DNA from: a virus
Lineage: Duplodnaviria; Heunggongvirae; Uroviricota; Caudoviricetes
IMG/VR virus record: IMGVR_UViG_3300031418_000001
Direction: 5' to 3' (one strand)
Length of the DNA stretch: 64,000 bases
The notes under the pieces: generated by a model
What the model saw: the letters and a program-made list of their open reading frames with translations, nothing else
What the model was told of the DNA's origin: nothing
The model's database searches: none
Shown here: one piece after another, positions 32,170 through 43,863 of the stretch
Position numbering within the stretch: the stretch's first letter is position 1
Layout: each line of letters opens with the position of its first letter
Made by a program: the position numbers and the translations under genes

Positions 32170-32874
32170 TTAGAAAGATATGTAATATCCGGTATCCCCT
32201 GCGACACTTTTTGCAAGCTCAGTAAATTCTAAAATTTCATTAGCGTCTTTAGGAACTGTATCAAATATAACTGATACATAACCTACAACTCTTGTTGAAA
32301 TTACAGGAACGGAAACAACATATCTTGCACCATCCATGTATAAAGAATTTAAATTTACAGGTGATAGGTATTCATCTCTTACTTCGCTGCCAGGTTTTAA
32401 GTACTCTGTCAAAACTTGTTTAAGATCTGCGGTAAAAATCTTACCTTTTAATATTAAACGCATTTGAGCAGATAGAGCACTAATAGGCAACCATTTGATA
32501 TTGTACTTATTGGGATTGATTTTTGAATTAAGTTGAGCACCACTTGTAACCAGAATACGACCTTGATAAAACGTATCATGATCTGGTACGAACTTGTACA
32601 CTGCGATCATACATATACGTTGGTTAATATCCATATACGAACGTGCAGATTGTTGTATATTGTCAATATTCTCCTTAGATATATTTAAGTCTTTTGGAAT
32701 ATAATATTCAGTTCTTGTAGCATTTTCCACACTTACATGAACAAAAGTACTTATACTATCTTTGGTTATAAAAAGAACATACGCTAATACAGCAATTAAC
32801 GCAACCAAAATAATTTTGGTATTAGTTACTTGTGAGGCAAATTCAAGGGCTTTTGTAATAATTGTATCGAACAT
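32170..32874 (-). CDS. membrane protein, T4 holin T-like (paralog 1)
   Basis: N-terminal TM helix, VYKFVP...YQGRI...GYVSV; TAAATA on the minus strand at 32926-32931. Confidence 0.5.
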   Translation of the reverse strand: MFDTIITKALEFASQVTNTKIILVALIAVLAYVLFITKDSISTFVHVSVENATRTEYYIPKDLNISKENIDNIQQSARSYMDINQRICMIAVYKFVPDHDTFYQGRILVTSGAQLNSKINPNKYNIKWLPISALSAQMRLILKGKIFTADLKQVLTEYLKPGSEVRDEYLSPVNLNSLYMDGARYVVSVPVISTRVVGYVSVIFDTVPKDANEILEFTELAKSVAGDTGYYISF

Positions 32875-32959
32875 GACCTTATATCCTCTGTCTTATTTTT
32901 ATAATAATATTTACCCAAAAGAGTATATTTATTAAGGTACTTGTAAGATAAATCTTATG

Positions 32960-32988
32960 TGAAACAAAAACAATTTGTGTGCTATACT
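32960..32988 (+). promoter_or_regulatory. phage promoter TGAAAC-N17-TATACT
   Basis: Recurrent motif. Confidence 0.75.
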
Positions 32989-33002
32989 AAAGGAAACGAA
33001 AA

Positions 33003-33494
33003 ATGGCAAAAATGATTCTTTGTACTGATGAGAATAACGGTCTTGGGTATAAAAATACAATTCCGTGGCATAGTAAAGATGATTTCCAGCATTTTAAAAA
33101 TAGTACTATTGATTCTATTGTTGTTATGGGATTCAATACGTGGAAATCATTGCCTAAGCGACCACTGCCAAGCCGTTTAAATGTAGTACTTGTAAGTCGT
33201 CCATATATGGAGCGTCCTGATACAGAATATGGTATGAATGCTATTTTTCTTCCACAGGATAATCTGAAAGATATAATCAATAATAATCCAGAATGTATTA
33301 TCATCGGTGGTTACTGGACATACTTACAAGCTAAGCCATTTGTTAATGAAATAATTAAAAGTACTGTAATAGGTATTTATGATTCAGATGTGTTTTTTGA
33401 TATTAAAAAAGAATGTCCTGATTTTCAGGTTCAACATTCAAAAGTACTCAATGATGGAACATTAGTGGAGTACTATTTAAAAAAGGGAAGTTAA
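33003..33494 (+). CDS. frd: dihydrofolate reductase
   Basis: IPWHSKDDFQHFK, VVMGFNTWKSLP, PLPSRLNVV, IIGG. Confidence 0.93.
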   Translation: MAKMILCTDENNGLGYKNTIPWHSKDDFQHFKNSTIDSIVVMGFNTWKSLPKRPLPSRLNVVLVSRPYMERPDTEYGMNAIFLPQDNLKDIINNNPECIIIGGYWTYLQAKPFVNEIIKSTVIGIYDSDVFFDIKKECPDFQVQHSKVLNDGTLVEYYLKKGS

Positions 33495-35253
<1,759 letters not shown>

Positions 35254-35254
35254 T

Positions 35255-35578
35255 ATGATTAAAAGTATAGAAGTTGGTGAAGTTAAAATTGTATACAGCC
35301 AGGTATCTTTAAAAGAATATCTGCATGACTATGCACGATTCAATTTATATGAACCCATTCATAAGCAATGGGCTGATATATACAAACTCCCTGCATATGG
35401 TCGTATTATATACATCTATCATGAATCAAACGATTCGTATGGTTCTTCTATAGAACATGAAGGTGGATTTTTAATTCTTGAACCTGATGAAGTTGTCATA
35501 GACAGACATGCAGACCTGAAAGAGTTCTGTTTGAACAATCTTGATAGAATAATTCACGCTGATCCTGATGAACGATAA
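35255..35578 (+). CDS. hypothetical protein
   Basis: 107 aa ORF. Confidence 0.65.
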   Translation: MIKSIEVGEVKIVYSQVSLKEYLHDYARFNLYEPIHKQWADIYKLPAYGRIIYIYHESNDSYGSSIEHEGGFLILEPDEVVIDRHADLKEFCLNNLDRIIHADPDER

Positions 35579-35616
35579 ATAAAGGAAAGTACTATTATCT
35601 TTTGGAGATCAAAAAA

Positions 35617-36150
35617 ATGAATAACCTATTTAACGCATTTAGTATCAAAGTTAGTGGTCAGAATCTTGACAATCTGAAGTACTTCCAGTATGAAGACTTC
35701 GATGCTGAGAGTCTTCCTACTGATGCTGAAACTTTAGCAAAAGCAGTAGCATACATCCGTATGCGTCATATTCAACGTAAACTGAGTGAACTAAGTGTTC
35801 CTGTTTATAAAGAAGTATATTTCGGTACTGAGGGTACAGCTAAAACTGTTCCAAGTGCTGCTGAAATTGTTGTATCTTATATTAGTATCGAACCTTTTCT
35901 AAGTACTTTAGAAACTGCACCTGCTGAAGCAGATCGCTTTACTGCTGCTGCTGATGTACTTAAAGGTATTGTAGTTGAAGCACTTGGTGCTGATATTAAT
36001 GAACTTGTTGAAGTACAAAAAACTTCTACTCGTGAAGAATATGCTGGTGCTGCATCACAGGAAACTTTCTCAGACGTTCGTAATGTGTACGTCGATGCCC
36101 CAGCAGTAACCCCGACAGTTACAGTTGAATATTTGCAAATTAAATCATAA
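35617..36150 (+). CDS. hypothetical protein (late)
   Basis: TAAATA at 35576; GGAG RBS. Confidence 0.7.
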   Translation: MNNLFNAFSIKVSGQNLDNLKYFQYEDFDAESLPTDAETLAKAVAYIRMRHIQRKLSELSVPVYKEVYFGTEGTAKTVPSAAEIVVSYISIEPFLSTLETAPAEADRFTAAADVLKGIVVEALGADINELVEVQKTSTREEYAGAASQETFSDVRNVYVDAPAVTPTVTVEYLQIKS

Positions 36151-36173
36151 TTTTAGAAAGGATACCTATTGAC

Positions 36174-36362
36174 ATGGAAAGCAAGAAATACTACAATGAA
36201 ATTCTCGATGATACTGCGACCGTTGATAAAATGATCGTGCATCTGGAAAACATGATTAAAGAAGCTCCAAACGCACGGACTCGCAGCCTCGCAGAGTCTA
36301 CCTTGGGGAATATCAATTTGATTATTGCGATTTGCGAAGAACTTAAAAAACGTAATCTATAA
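36174..36362 (+). CDS. small hypothetical protein
   Basis: 62 aa ORF with AAGGA RBS. Confidence 0.6.
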   Translation: MESKKYYNEILDDTATVDKMIVHLENMIKEAPNARTRSLAESTLGNINLIIAICEELKKRNL

Positions 36363-36387
36363 AAATATTTGGAGTTATAAGACTTAT

Positions 36388-36897
36388 ATGAAACAAATCA
36401 TTGCCAACGATAATATTACTGCATCACAAGTACGTTTAGTTCATGATGGAGTAAATGAGGTAATGGATCTTGAAGATGCACTCAATATTGCTTATTCACA
36501 TGATCTTGATCTGGTGCAGATTTCGGAAACAGACGTACCGGTAGTAAAAGTACTGGATTTGAACAAATATGCTTATGAGTTAAAACAAGCTCAGAAAGCA
36601 AACGATAAGAAACAACGTACAACTGCAACGCAAGTTAAGGAAGTACAATTTAGTACTGATACTCATGAAAATGATTTAAATGTTAAACTTAAAAAGGCAC
36701 AAGAATTTATTTCAGGTGGTAAACAAGTTCGATTGGTAATGAAAGTTATAGGTCGTATTAATTCTAATAAAGATGTACTTCAAAAAAGTATTTCTAAAAT
36801 GAATGATTTTGTAGAACGTCTCAATAATGTTGATTTTGTCCAAAGTACTGCGGTACAAGGTAACAACATTATTTGTACTGTAAAAGCTGGAAAATAA
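36388..36897 (+). CDS. infC: translation initiation factor IF3 homolog
   Basis: ANDNI..VRLV, DLDLVQIS..PVVKVLD..KY.YE, VKEVQF...END...K. Confidence 0.88.
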   Translation: MKQIIANDNITASQVRLVHDGVNEVMDLEDALNIAYSHDLDLVQISETDVPVVKVLDLNKYAYELKQAQKANDKKQRTTATQVKEVQFSTDTHENDLNVKLKKAQEFISGGKQVRLVMKVIGRINSNKDVLQKSISKMNDFVERLNNVDFVQSTAVQGNNIICTVKAGK

Positions 36898-36949
36898 TAC
36901 ATAATGGGGAATTTAATTATTCCCCTTACTTTTTTGAGGTAAAAGGCAA

Positions 36950-37498
36950 ATGGATAAAGAAAATATCAAACTAACTACTTTTGATACTTCTCCACAGAAA
37001 GTAATGTGTGCGGAGTATAAAGATTCTAAGTACTTCATCATGAACGGTAAATGTATCAATGATGCAGTAAATCGTATTCATGGTGAACTGGATCATGTAG
37101 ACATTCATGTAATGCAAAATGTATTGAATGTTTATCTGGAAGAAAACCCTGAAGATGATCTTGTTTTTATTCCTTTATATCGTTTAGTACTACTTGACGA
37201 TCCAAAAACAACCATTGATTTTGTTGAAGGTTTCTGTCGTGATCTACTTGGCTTTAACCGCCGTCGCAGTATGCAAGTAGTTAACGAACTTAACTCAGAC
37301 AACGGTGAAGCTGATGTTGGTGCGTACACTTATGAAATCGTTAATACTTTGTCTCGCTTCCTTGACAATGGTAATTACCAGTTCAATCAGAATTTGGGAT
37401 ACCGTATTGATGAAGTAACACAAGATCAAAAAATCACATTCGATACTAATGTTGCACTCCAGCAACTGATCGAACGTGATTACCCTGAAGATCTATAA
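36950..37498 (+). CDS. ClpS-like adaptor with N-terminal extension
   Basis: PLYRLVLLDDPKTTIDFV...GEADVGAYTYEI aligns with ClpS YKVILVNDDYTPMEFV...GKAICGVFTAEV. Confidence 0.65.
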   Translation: MDKENIKLTTFDTSPQKVMCAEYKDSKYFIMNGKCINDAVNRIHGELDHVDIHVMQNVLNVYLEENPEDDLVFIPLYRLVLLDDPKTTIDFVEGFCRDLLGFNRRRSMQVVNELNSDNGEADVGAYTYEIVNTLSRFLDNGNYQFNQNLGYRIDEVTQDQKITFDTNVALQQLIERDYPEDL

Positions 37499-37518
37499 TA
37501 GCTGACTCCAAGGCATAA

Positions 37519-38070
<552 letters not shown>

Positions 38071-38071
38071 C

Positions 38072-39667
38072 ATGAAGTACGATCAGCTTATGGAAGGAGT
38101 GATCAAAGTACCACCAAGTTTGATGAGTACTCTTAATCGCTACTTAGCATCGACGATTTGTACTATGCTTTATAAAAATATTGAATTAGTACAAAAAGTT
38201 GGAACAAAAATGCCTGAAAAGGCCGAAGAACAACTAAACAGAATTAAACAGGTAATTGGGTACTTAAAGCAGAATTACAATGCAGTAATTTTAAATGATA
38301 GTACCTACAATAGTATTTTACAGTCAAGTATCAATGTACCTGTTGATTTTCAAAAGTTCTTTTCAGAACTAAACATGCAAATACCAGATGATGGTAAGAA
38401 CCTCGTATATAAATCTAAACTTAGTTTAACAGTTAGACCATATATACAGGATGGTTCAAGTGGTTCACTAAGTTCCGATAAAGATCTAACCACTTTCCTT
38501 ATAGAAATTAAATGTGATTTAAATTTAGCCCCAATGGACGAGAATATATTTGCTCGTGCTAAAGATATTATGGGTTCAATTTATCACGAAGCACAGCATT
38601 ATATCCAGAGAAACGTATTATCCAGAATCAATCCAAATCAAAAACAACTGCAAAGTTCAGGTCAGATTGATCAAAGTTCAACTAAAGAAACTTATGATGA
38701 TTATCTTTCTTCTGGTATCGAGTACTCCCCCTGGATGGGTGACTTGATGAATGCGATCATTACTGAACTTGAAATTATGAAAGCTCACAATGATCTACCA
38801 AAAGATGGATTAAACAAGGTCTTCATGGGAGTTGTAACTAAAATAACTTCTGACGACAAGAAATCCTTTGGTAAATTCCTTTACAAAGTGTATAAAAAAG
38901 ATCCTCAGCAGTATAAAGATACCATGAAGAAGTTATTCAAAATGGTTCAACCTGCATATGACAGTATTAAAGATGCTGGACAGATGGAAGTGCTTGGTGA
39001 TTTAACACAGGAAGAAATGCCAGTTGATTTTGATGTTATGAGTACTTTACTATCAGAACTAAAACCTGCAATAGAAAAAGATGGTGGTAAATTCACTGCT
39101 TATGGAAGAAGTATAAGTACTATTCAAGAAATTAAAATAACTTTTCCTGAATATACTGTAAGTATTGTACCTTCTAAAGATACTTATGACGTTAGCATGA
39201 CAAGTAATGATGATAATATTAGTGCGTACTCCAGACCTTTATCACAAGCTGATACCTTACAATTAGCAAATGCGTTGAAAAAATATGGCGATGATGAAGA
39301 AATGACATATTCATTAATTCAGCAAACTAAGTCAGATGGAAAGTTCAGTACTGAAGCTATTCAACAAGTGTTTAAAAGAGTAAGTGAACTTAACGAAGCA
39401 AGAAACTCTGAAAAAACACAATATACTTCTTCGGAAATAGTTATTGGTGGTGTTACTTATGAAGTTAAAGCAGATGATAAATCATATCATCTTACTTCCC
39501 CTGAACTGATGTTACTTGATACTCATTTTAAAAATTCACTTGGACTAAGTATGTTCTTACAGGATATTGTTTATGCAATATCAAGAACATCACCGCAAGA
39601 AGTTCAAGAAGTACTTGAGAACTGTTTTTCTGAATATGACGCACTAAAAGCATTAAGGAGCATGTAA
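38072..39667 (+). CDS. hypothetical protein with HExxH (possible metallopeptidase)
   Basis: IYHEAQHYIQ and downstream YLSSGIE. Confidence 0.55.
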   Translation: MKYDQLMEGVIKVPPSLMSTLNRYLASTICTMLYKNIELVQKVGTKMPEKAEEQLNRIKQVIGYLKQNYNAVILNDSTYNSILQSSINVPVDFQKFFSELNMQIPDDGKNLVYKSKLSLTVRPYIQDGSSGSLSSDKDLTTFLIEIKCDLNLAPMDENIFARAKDIMGSIYHEAQHYIQRNVLSRINPNQKQLQSSGQIDQSSTKETYDDYLSSGIEYSPWMGDLMNAIITELEIMKAHNDLPKDGLNKVFMGVVTKITSDDKKSFGKFLYKVYKKDPQQYKDTMKKLFKMVQPAYDSIKDAGQMEVLGDLTQEEMPVDFDVMSTLLSELKPAIEKDGGKFTAYGRSISTIQEIKITFPEYTVSIVPSKDTYDVSMTSNDDNISAYSRPLSQADTLQLANALKKYGDDEEMTYSLIQQTKSDGKFSTEAIQQVFKRVSELNEARNSEKTQYTSSEIVIGGVTYEVKADDKSYHLTSPELMLLDTHFKNSLGLSMFLQDIVYAISRTSPQEVQEVLENCFSEYDALKALRSM

Positions 39668-39668
39668 C

Positions 39669-40295
39669 ATGGAACGTACAAACGAAGATATTAAATTATG
39701 GGCTAATATAGTTCAAAATGCAGAACTTGAAAAAGATATTGAAGATGCTGAAGGTCAGACTGTTATCAGTACGGGTCGCCAGGAACTTGATGAAATGCCG
39801 ATGGTACATGATATATATGATGGTGATCGTGAGGATGCTGACGCCACGTTAGGTTTTCAAACTGATGGCCTGGACTCATCTAAACTGGTTCCTGTAGCCG
39901 ATCATGGTGCGTTCAAGACCTTCCGTAACCCACGCGGCGATGCCTACCTTGCCTATGACCAAAATGGCAAATGCATTGGTCTGTTACGTGGATCTAAGAC
40001 AGGTACTATATTACAGGTTGATAATACTATTTCATATAGTCAATCAGGTGTGAAAGGTGTAATGTTTAATCTTTTTATGGATTGTATTTTACAAGGTAAT
40101 AAGATTATCAGTGATGTTACACAATCTCCTGATGCAAAAAACTTTTGGCAAAGATTAATTAGTACTGGACATATTGTATATGTAGTAGTTTACGGTGAAG
40201 TTAAAGGTAAAGCTACTCCACAAAATATGGAAAAGCTATGGACTAATGATATCGAAAATGATGCTGCTGATATTCGGTTATTACTGGTGAAATAA
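39669..40295 (+). CDS. hypothetical protein with a GNAT-like C-terminal domain
   Basis: KGVMFNLF...ISDVTQSPDAKNFWQRL pattern. Confidence 0.45.
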   Translation: MERTNEDIKLWANIVQNAELEKDIEDAEGQTVISTGRQELDEMPMVHDIYDGDREDADATLGFQTDGLDSSKLVPVADHGAFKTFRNPRGDAYLAYDQNGKCIGLLRGSKTGTILQVDNTISYSQSGVKGVMFNLFMDCILQGNKIISDVTQSPDAKNFWQRLISTGHIVYVVVYGEVKGKATPQNMEKLWTNDIENDAADIRLLLVK

Positions 40296-40297
40296 AT

Positions 40298-40330
40298 AAA
40301 AATGGAGTACTTAGGTACTCCATTTTTTTT
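40298..40330 (+). terminator. intrinsic terminator
   Basis: ATGGAGTAC-TTAG-GTACTCCATTTTTTTT. Confidence 0.8.
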
Positions 40331-40331
40331 A

Positions 40332-40359
40332 TGAAACAAATCTAAAAATGTGCTATACT
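40332..40359 (+). promoter_or_regulatory. phage promoter TGAAAC-N16-TATACT
   Basis: Recurrent motif upstream of topoisomerase. Confidence 0.7.
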
Positions 40360-40396
40360 ATAATGGCTAAGAAACAAAATAAGGAAATCAAATAAA

Positions 40397-42370
40397 ATGG
40401 CAAAGGAAAAGAAAAATTCTTCCGTACTTCAGGAACATGACGTTCAGCGGTTATCGGATTATTCACATGCTCGTATTCGTACTGAAATGTACTTAGGTTC
40501 TCGTTCTGCTCATGAACAACCAGTTTTGATTTTTGGCGAAAATGATTATCAAGTCAAAAATGTAACATGGGTTCCTGCACTACTCACCGCATTTCGTGAG
40601 ATTGTTGATAACTCGTTAGATGAATTTACTAAAGCTGGTATTAAAGATGCAGTGCTAAGAGTACAATACGACGAAAGTACTTTACAGTTTATTATTTCAG
40701 ATAATGGTCGTGGTATTCCAATTGACTATGTTCCTGAATATAGTCAGCATGTGTGTACTATGGTACTTACTGAAACTAAAACAGGTCGTAACTTCGACGA
40801 TTCACAACGTAAGAAAACATCAGGACAAAACGGCCTCGGTGGTTCAATTACTATGTGTGTTAGTTCTGAAGCTGAATTAGAAGTACATCGTGTAGGGCGT
40901 CCATATAAAACTGCATCAGCAAATGATGAATATAATGGGATGTACAAATTTACACAGAAGTTTAGTGAAGGTAATGAACTGTTTCCTGAACTTAATATTC
41001 AAGACCCTGTTATTCGTAAAGTAAAAGCTGATAAAACAGGAACAACTATTAGTTTCCGTTTAAGTCCAGCGGTATTTAAAAATCGTCAGTTACCAACTGA
41101 ACTGATTTATAGTATTCTGAAAGAAATTGCTGTTGCTAACCCAACATATAAAATCTTCCTGAATGAAAATCGTATTCAGGGACGTGGTACAGCAGAAAAG
41201 GCACTGTTCGGTATTTCTAAACCTATGAGTCTTGTTGTTGACGAAGGTGAATTCCACAGTACTTTCTATGTAGTGCCTAATGCAGTAGCAGACCAAACTA
41301 CAAACTTCCATATGCACGGTATTGTTAACAACGTTCCTGCATTTGACGGTGGTAATCACTTAGACACCTTTAAAAAGAATTTTGCACTTGGTGTTATTAC
41401 TGCACTTGAGAAAGAATCAAAGAAACGTAAACTAAAGCCTAACCGTTCTGATGTTGAAGAAGGTCTTTTGATCTATAACATTACTACGATGAATGCTCCG
41501 TACTTTTCTTCTCAGACAAAATCTAAACTTATTAACGAAGAAGTAATTAAACCAATTGCTAATGCAATGAGTGTTGAGTTCTATGATGAACTTGTCAAGA
41601 AAAACAAAACTTGGATTGATGAGATCTTTGAACGTACTTCAGAACGTACAAATAAGAAAGAAGCTGAAGAAGATCGTAAAGCTGCTAAGAAACTACTAAA
41701 GGCTAAAGTTGCTAAACTTCGTGATGCAGTTAATACAGATCGTTCTGTATGTGAACTGTTTATTACGGAAGGTGATTCAGCAAGTGGTAACTTAATTGCA
41801 AGTCGTGATCCGACTAAACATGCTATTCTTCCATTACGTGGTAAAATTAAATCAGTAAATGGTAAAGAAAAAGTAGCAGATTTGATGGCATCCGAAAGCC
41901 TCAAAGATATTATGGTAAGTATTAACCTGATTCCAGGCGAGAAAGCTGTTCGTGCAAACCTAAACTATGGTCGTATTAATATCAGTACTGACTCAGATGA
42001 AGATGGTAAAAATATTCAAGCACAGATTTGTAATTTTCTTTATACATTCTGGCCTGAATTATTCCAAGATTTAGACAATCCGTTTGTTTATATCTTTAAC
42101 ACTCCATTCATTATCCTGAAGAAAGGAAAACAAGTTAAGTACTTCTATGGTCATCAAGAACATGAATATAATCCTGATGATTGGAAGGATTGGGAAACAA
42201 CACGTGCTAAAGGGTTAGGTACTCTTAAGAAAGAGCACTTTGAAGATGCAATCTATAGTGGTTATACACTTCCTATTGTTGATGATGGTACTCTATCTGA
42301 AGTACTTGATTTAATCTTCAACTCTGACCGTGCTGATGATCGTAAAGAATGGATGAAAGACAAAGAATAA
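40397..42370 (+). CDS. type II topoisomerase ATPase/TOPRIM subunit (gp39+60-like)
   Basis: EIVDNSLDE, DNGRGIP, GQNGLG, TEGDSA, PLRGK, DSDEDG, KGLG. Confidence 0.95.
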   Translation: MAKEKKNSSVLQEHDVQRLSDYSHARIRTEMYLGSRSAHEQPVLIFGENDYQVKNVTWVPALLTAFREIVDNSLDEFTKAGIKDAVLRVQYDESTLQFIISDNGRGIPIDYVPEYSQHVCTMVLTETKTGRNFDDSQRKKTSGQNGLGGSITMCVSSEAELEVHRVGRPYKTASANDEYNGMYKFTQKFSEGNELFPELNIQDPVIRKVKADKTGTTISFRLSPAVFKNRQLPTELIYSILKEIAVANPTYKIFLNENRIQGRGTAEKALFGISKPMSLVVDEGEFHSTFYVVPNAVADQTTNFHMHGIVNNVPAFDGGNHLDTFKKNFALGVITALEKESKKRKLKPNRSDVEEGLLIYNITTMNAPYFSSQTKSKLINEEVIKPIANAMSVEFYDELVKKNKTWIDEIFERTSERTNKKEAEEDRKAAKKLLKAKVAKLRDAVNTDRSVCELFITEGDSASGNLIASRDPTKHAILPLRGKIKSVNGKEKVADLMASESLKDIMVSINLIPGEKAVRANLNYGRINISTDSDEDGKNIQAQICNFLYTFWPELFQDLDNPFVYIFNTPFIILKKGKQVKYFYGHQEHEYNPDDWKDWETTRAKGLGTLKKEHFEDAIYSGYTLPIVDDGTLSEVLDLIFNSDRADDRKEWMKDKE

Positions 42371-42395
42371 TATTACCCGATAAGGATATCAAATA

Positions 42396-43790
42396 ATGGC
42401 TAAAGCAACTAAGAAACCAATTGTACAAAGACAAGAAAACCGAACTTATCTAAAAGAACCAAGTTCAACTTATATTAACCGTACAAGTCTCGAATATAGT
42501 ACCTATACTCTTGAACGTGCACTTGTCGGTATTGATGGGCTGAAGTCAGCCCAACGTAAAGCAATCTATGCAATCACCAAAACTAATGGTAAAATTAAAA
42601 CCCTTAGTCTTGCTGGTAAAATGATCGAAATGGAAATCTATGTTCACGGTGATAGCTCGGCGAGTGGTACACTTTCACAACTCGCATCGCCTGTAGTGAA
42701 TAACTATCCATTGATTTTAGGTGAAGGTTCCTTTGGTACTTGTGCCTCACCTGAACCAGCAGCACCACGTTATACGTATGTTCGTAAATCAAGCATTACC
42801 GAAAAACTACTTTTACCGGATTTGAATATTATCCCAATGAAGGATAACTATGATGGTTCAACACAAGAACCTCGTTATTTCCTTCCAATTGTTCCGGTCG
42901 CATTGTTAGGTACTGATGGCATTTCAGTTGGTTATAAACCTTCTATTTTACCTCGTAAGATTGAAGATATTATCGACAATACCATTGCAGCAATTGATAA
43001 GAAAGAAATGAAATTCATGACTCCATATTATCGTTCATATGGTGCTAACGATTTTGTTGAATATCTCGGTGAAAGTAAGTACATCATTTATGGTAAAGCT
43101 GAAGTTATTGATGGAAGTACTGTACGGGTTACGGGATTACCACATAAGATTGACCGTGAGAAATTTATTGAGAAATTGATTAAGATGCAGGATACTGGTG
43201 AGATTCGTGATTATGATGATTCCAGTACTGACGTAATTGATATTACCATTAAAATGCCTCGCGGTGCAGCTAACGGATGGGATGAAGCAAAAGTACTTAA
43301 TTACTTCTCATTGCACAGCAAAGTTACCGAAGCAATTATTTGTCTAAGTGAGAATGAGAAAGTTCGTACTTATGTTGATCCAAATGATTTAATCCGTGAT
43401 TACGTTGAATTTCGTTTTGGTTATTATGTCAAGCGTTATGAAAAATTACTTCAGGACGCATCTGATGAACTTCGTTATAAACTTCTCATCAAAGAGTGTT
43501 TTGATAATGAAATTCCAGCTAAACTTAAATCATTAAAGAACCGTGCTGAATTAGTACAATCAGTTACTGAATTGAATGAAGTAATCCAGGCATCAAAAGG
43601 TAACATTGATAATATCGTTAGCTTCCCATCCTATCGCTGGACTGAAGAATATTACGATGCAGTACTAAATGATATTAATGAGTTGGTTACGTCAATTGGT
43701 AAGTATGAAAATATGCTACAGAACCAAAATCTAATTTGGGATGTATACCGTGATGAGCTAAAAGAACTGCGTAAAACCAAGTTTGAATAA
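42396..43790 (+). CDS. type II topoisomerase breakage-reunion subunit (gp52-like)
   Basis: DGLKSAQRK, YVHGD, AAPRYT catalytic Tyr. Confidence 0.93.
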   Translation: MAKATKKPIVQRQENRTYLKEPSSTYINRTSLEYSTYTLERALVGIDGLKSAQRKAIYAITKTNGKIKTLSLAGKMIEMEIYVHGDSSASGTLSQLASPVVNNYPLILGEGSFGTCASPEPAAPRYTYVRKSSITEKLLLPDLNIIPMKDNYDGSTQEPRYFLPIVPVALLGTDGISVGYKPSILPRKIEDIIDNTIAAIDKKEMKFMTPYYRSYGANDFVEYLGESKYIIYGKAEVIDGSTVRVTGLPHKIDREKFIEKLIKMQDTGEIRDYDDSSTDVIDITIKMPRGAANGWDEAKVLNYFSLHSKVTEAIICLSENEKVRTYVDPNDLIRDYVEFRFGYYVKRYEKLLQDASDELRYKLLIKECFDNEIPAKLKSLKNRAELVQSVTELNEVIQASKGNIDNIVSFPSYRWTEEYYDAVLNDINELVTSIGKYENMLQNQNLIWDVYRDELKELRKTKFE

Positions 43791-43794
43791 AAGA

Positions 43795-43822
43795 AAAAAG
43801 CCCCTTACATAAGGGGCTTTTT
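43795..43822 (+). terminator. intrinsic terminator
   Basis: AAAAAGCCCCTTA-CA-TAAGGGGCTTTTT. Confidence 0.85.
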
Positions 43823-43824
43823 CA

Positions 43825-43832
43825 TATAAATA
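43825..43832 (+). promoter_or_regulatory. T4-like late promoter TATAAATA
   Basis: Exact consensus about 30 nt upstream of 43864. Confidence 0.6.
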
Positions 43833-43863
43833 TCTGTAACATTCGAATGTTGGAGATATTTAT

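Noticed and set aside
36325-36390. Non-AUG autoregulatory start for IF3
   Set aside because: No in-frame ATT at a suitable distance after the GGAG; ATG 36388 fits the IF3 N-terminus.
40397-42370. T4 gene 60-type translational bypass
   Set aside because: The ATPase and TOPRIM regions are in one continuous frame.
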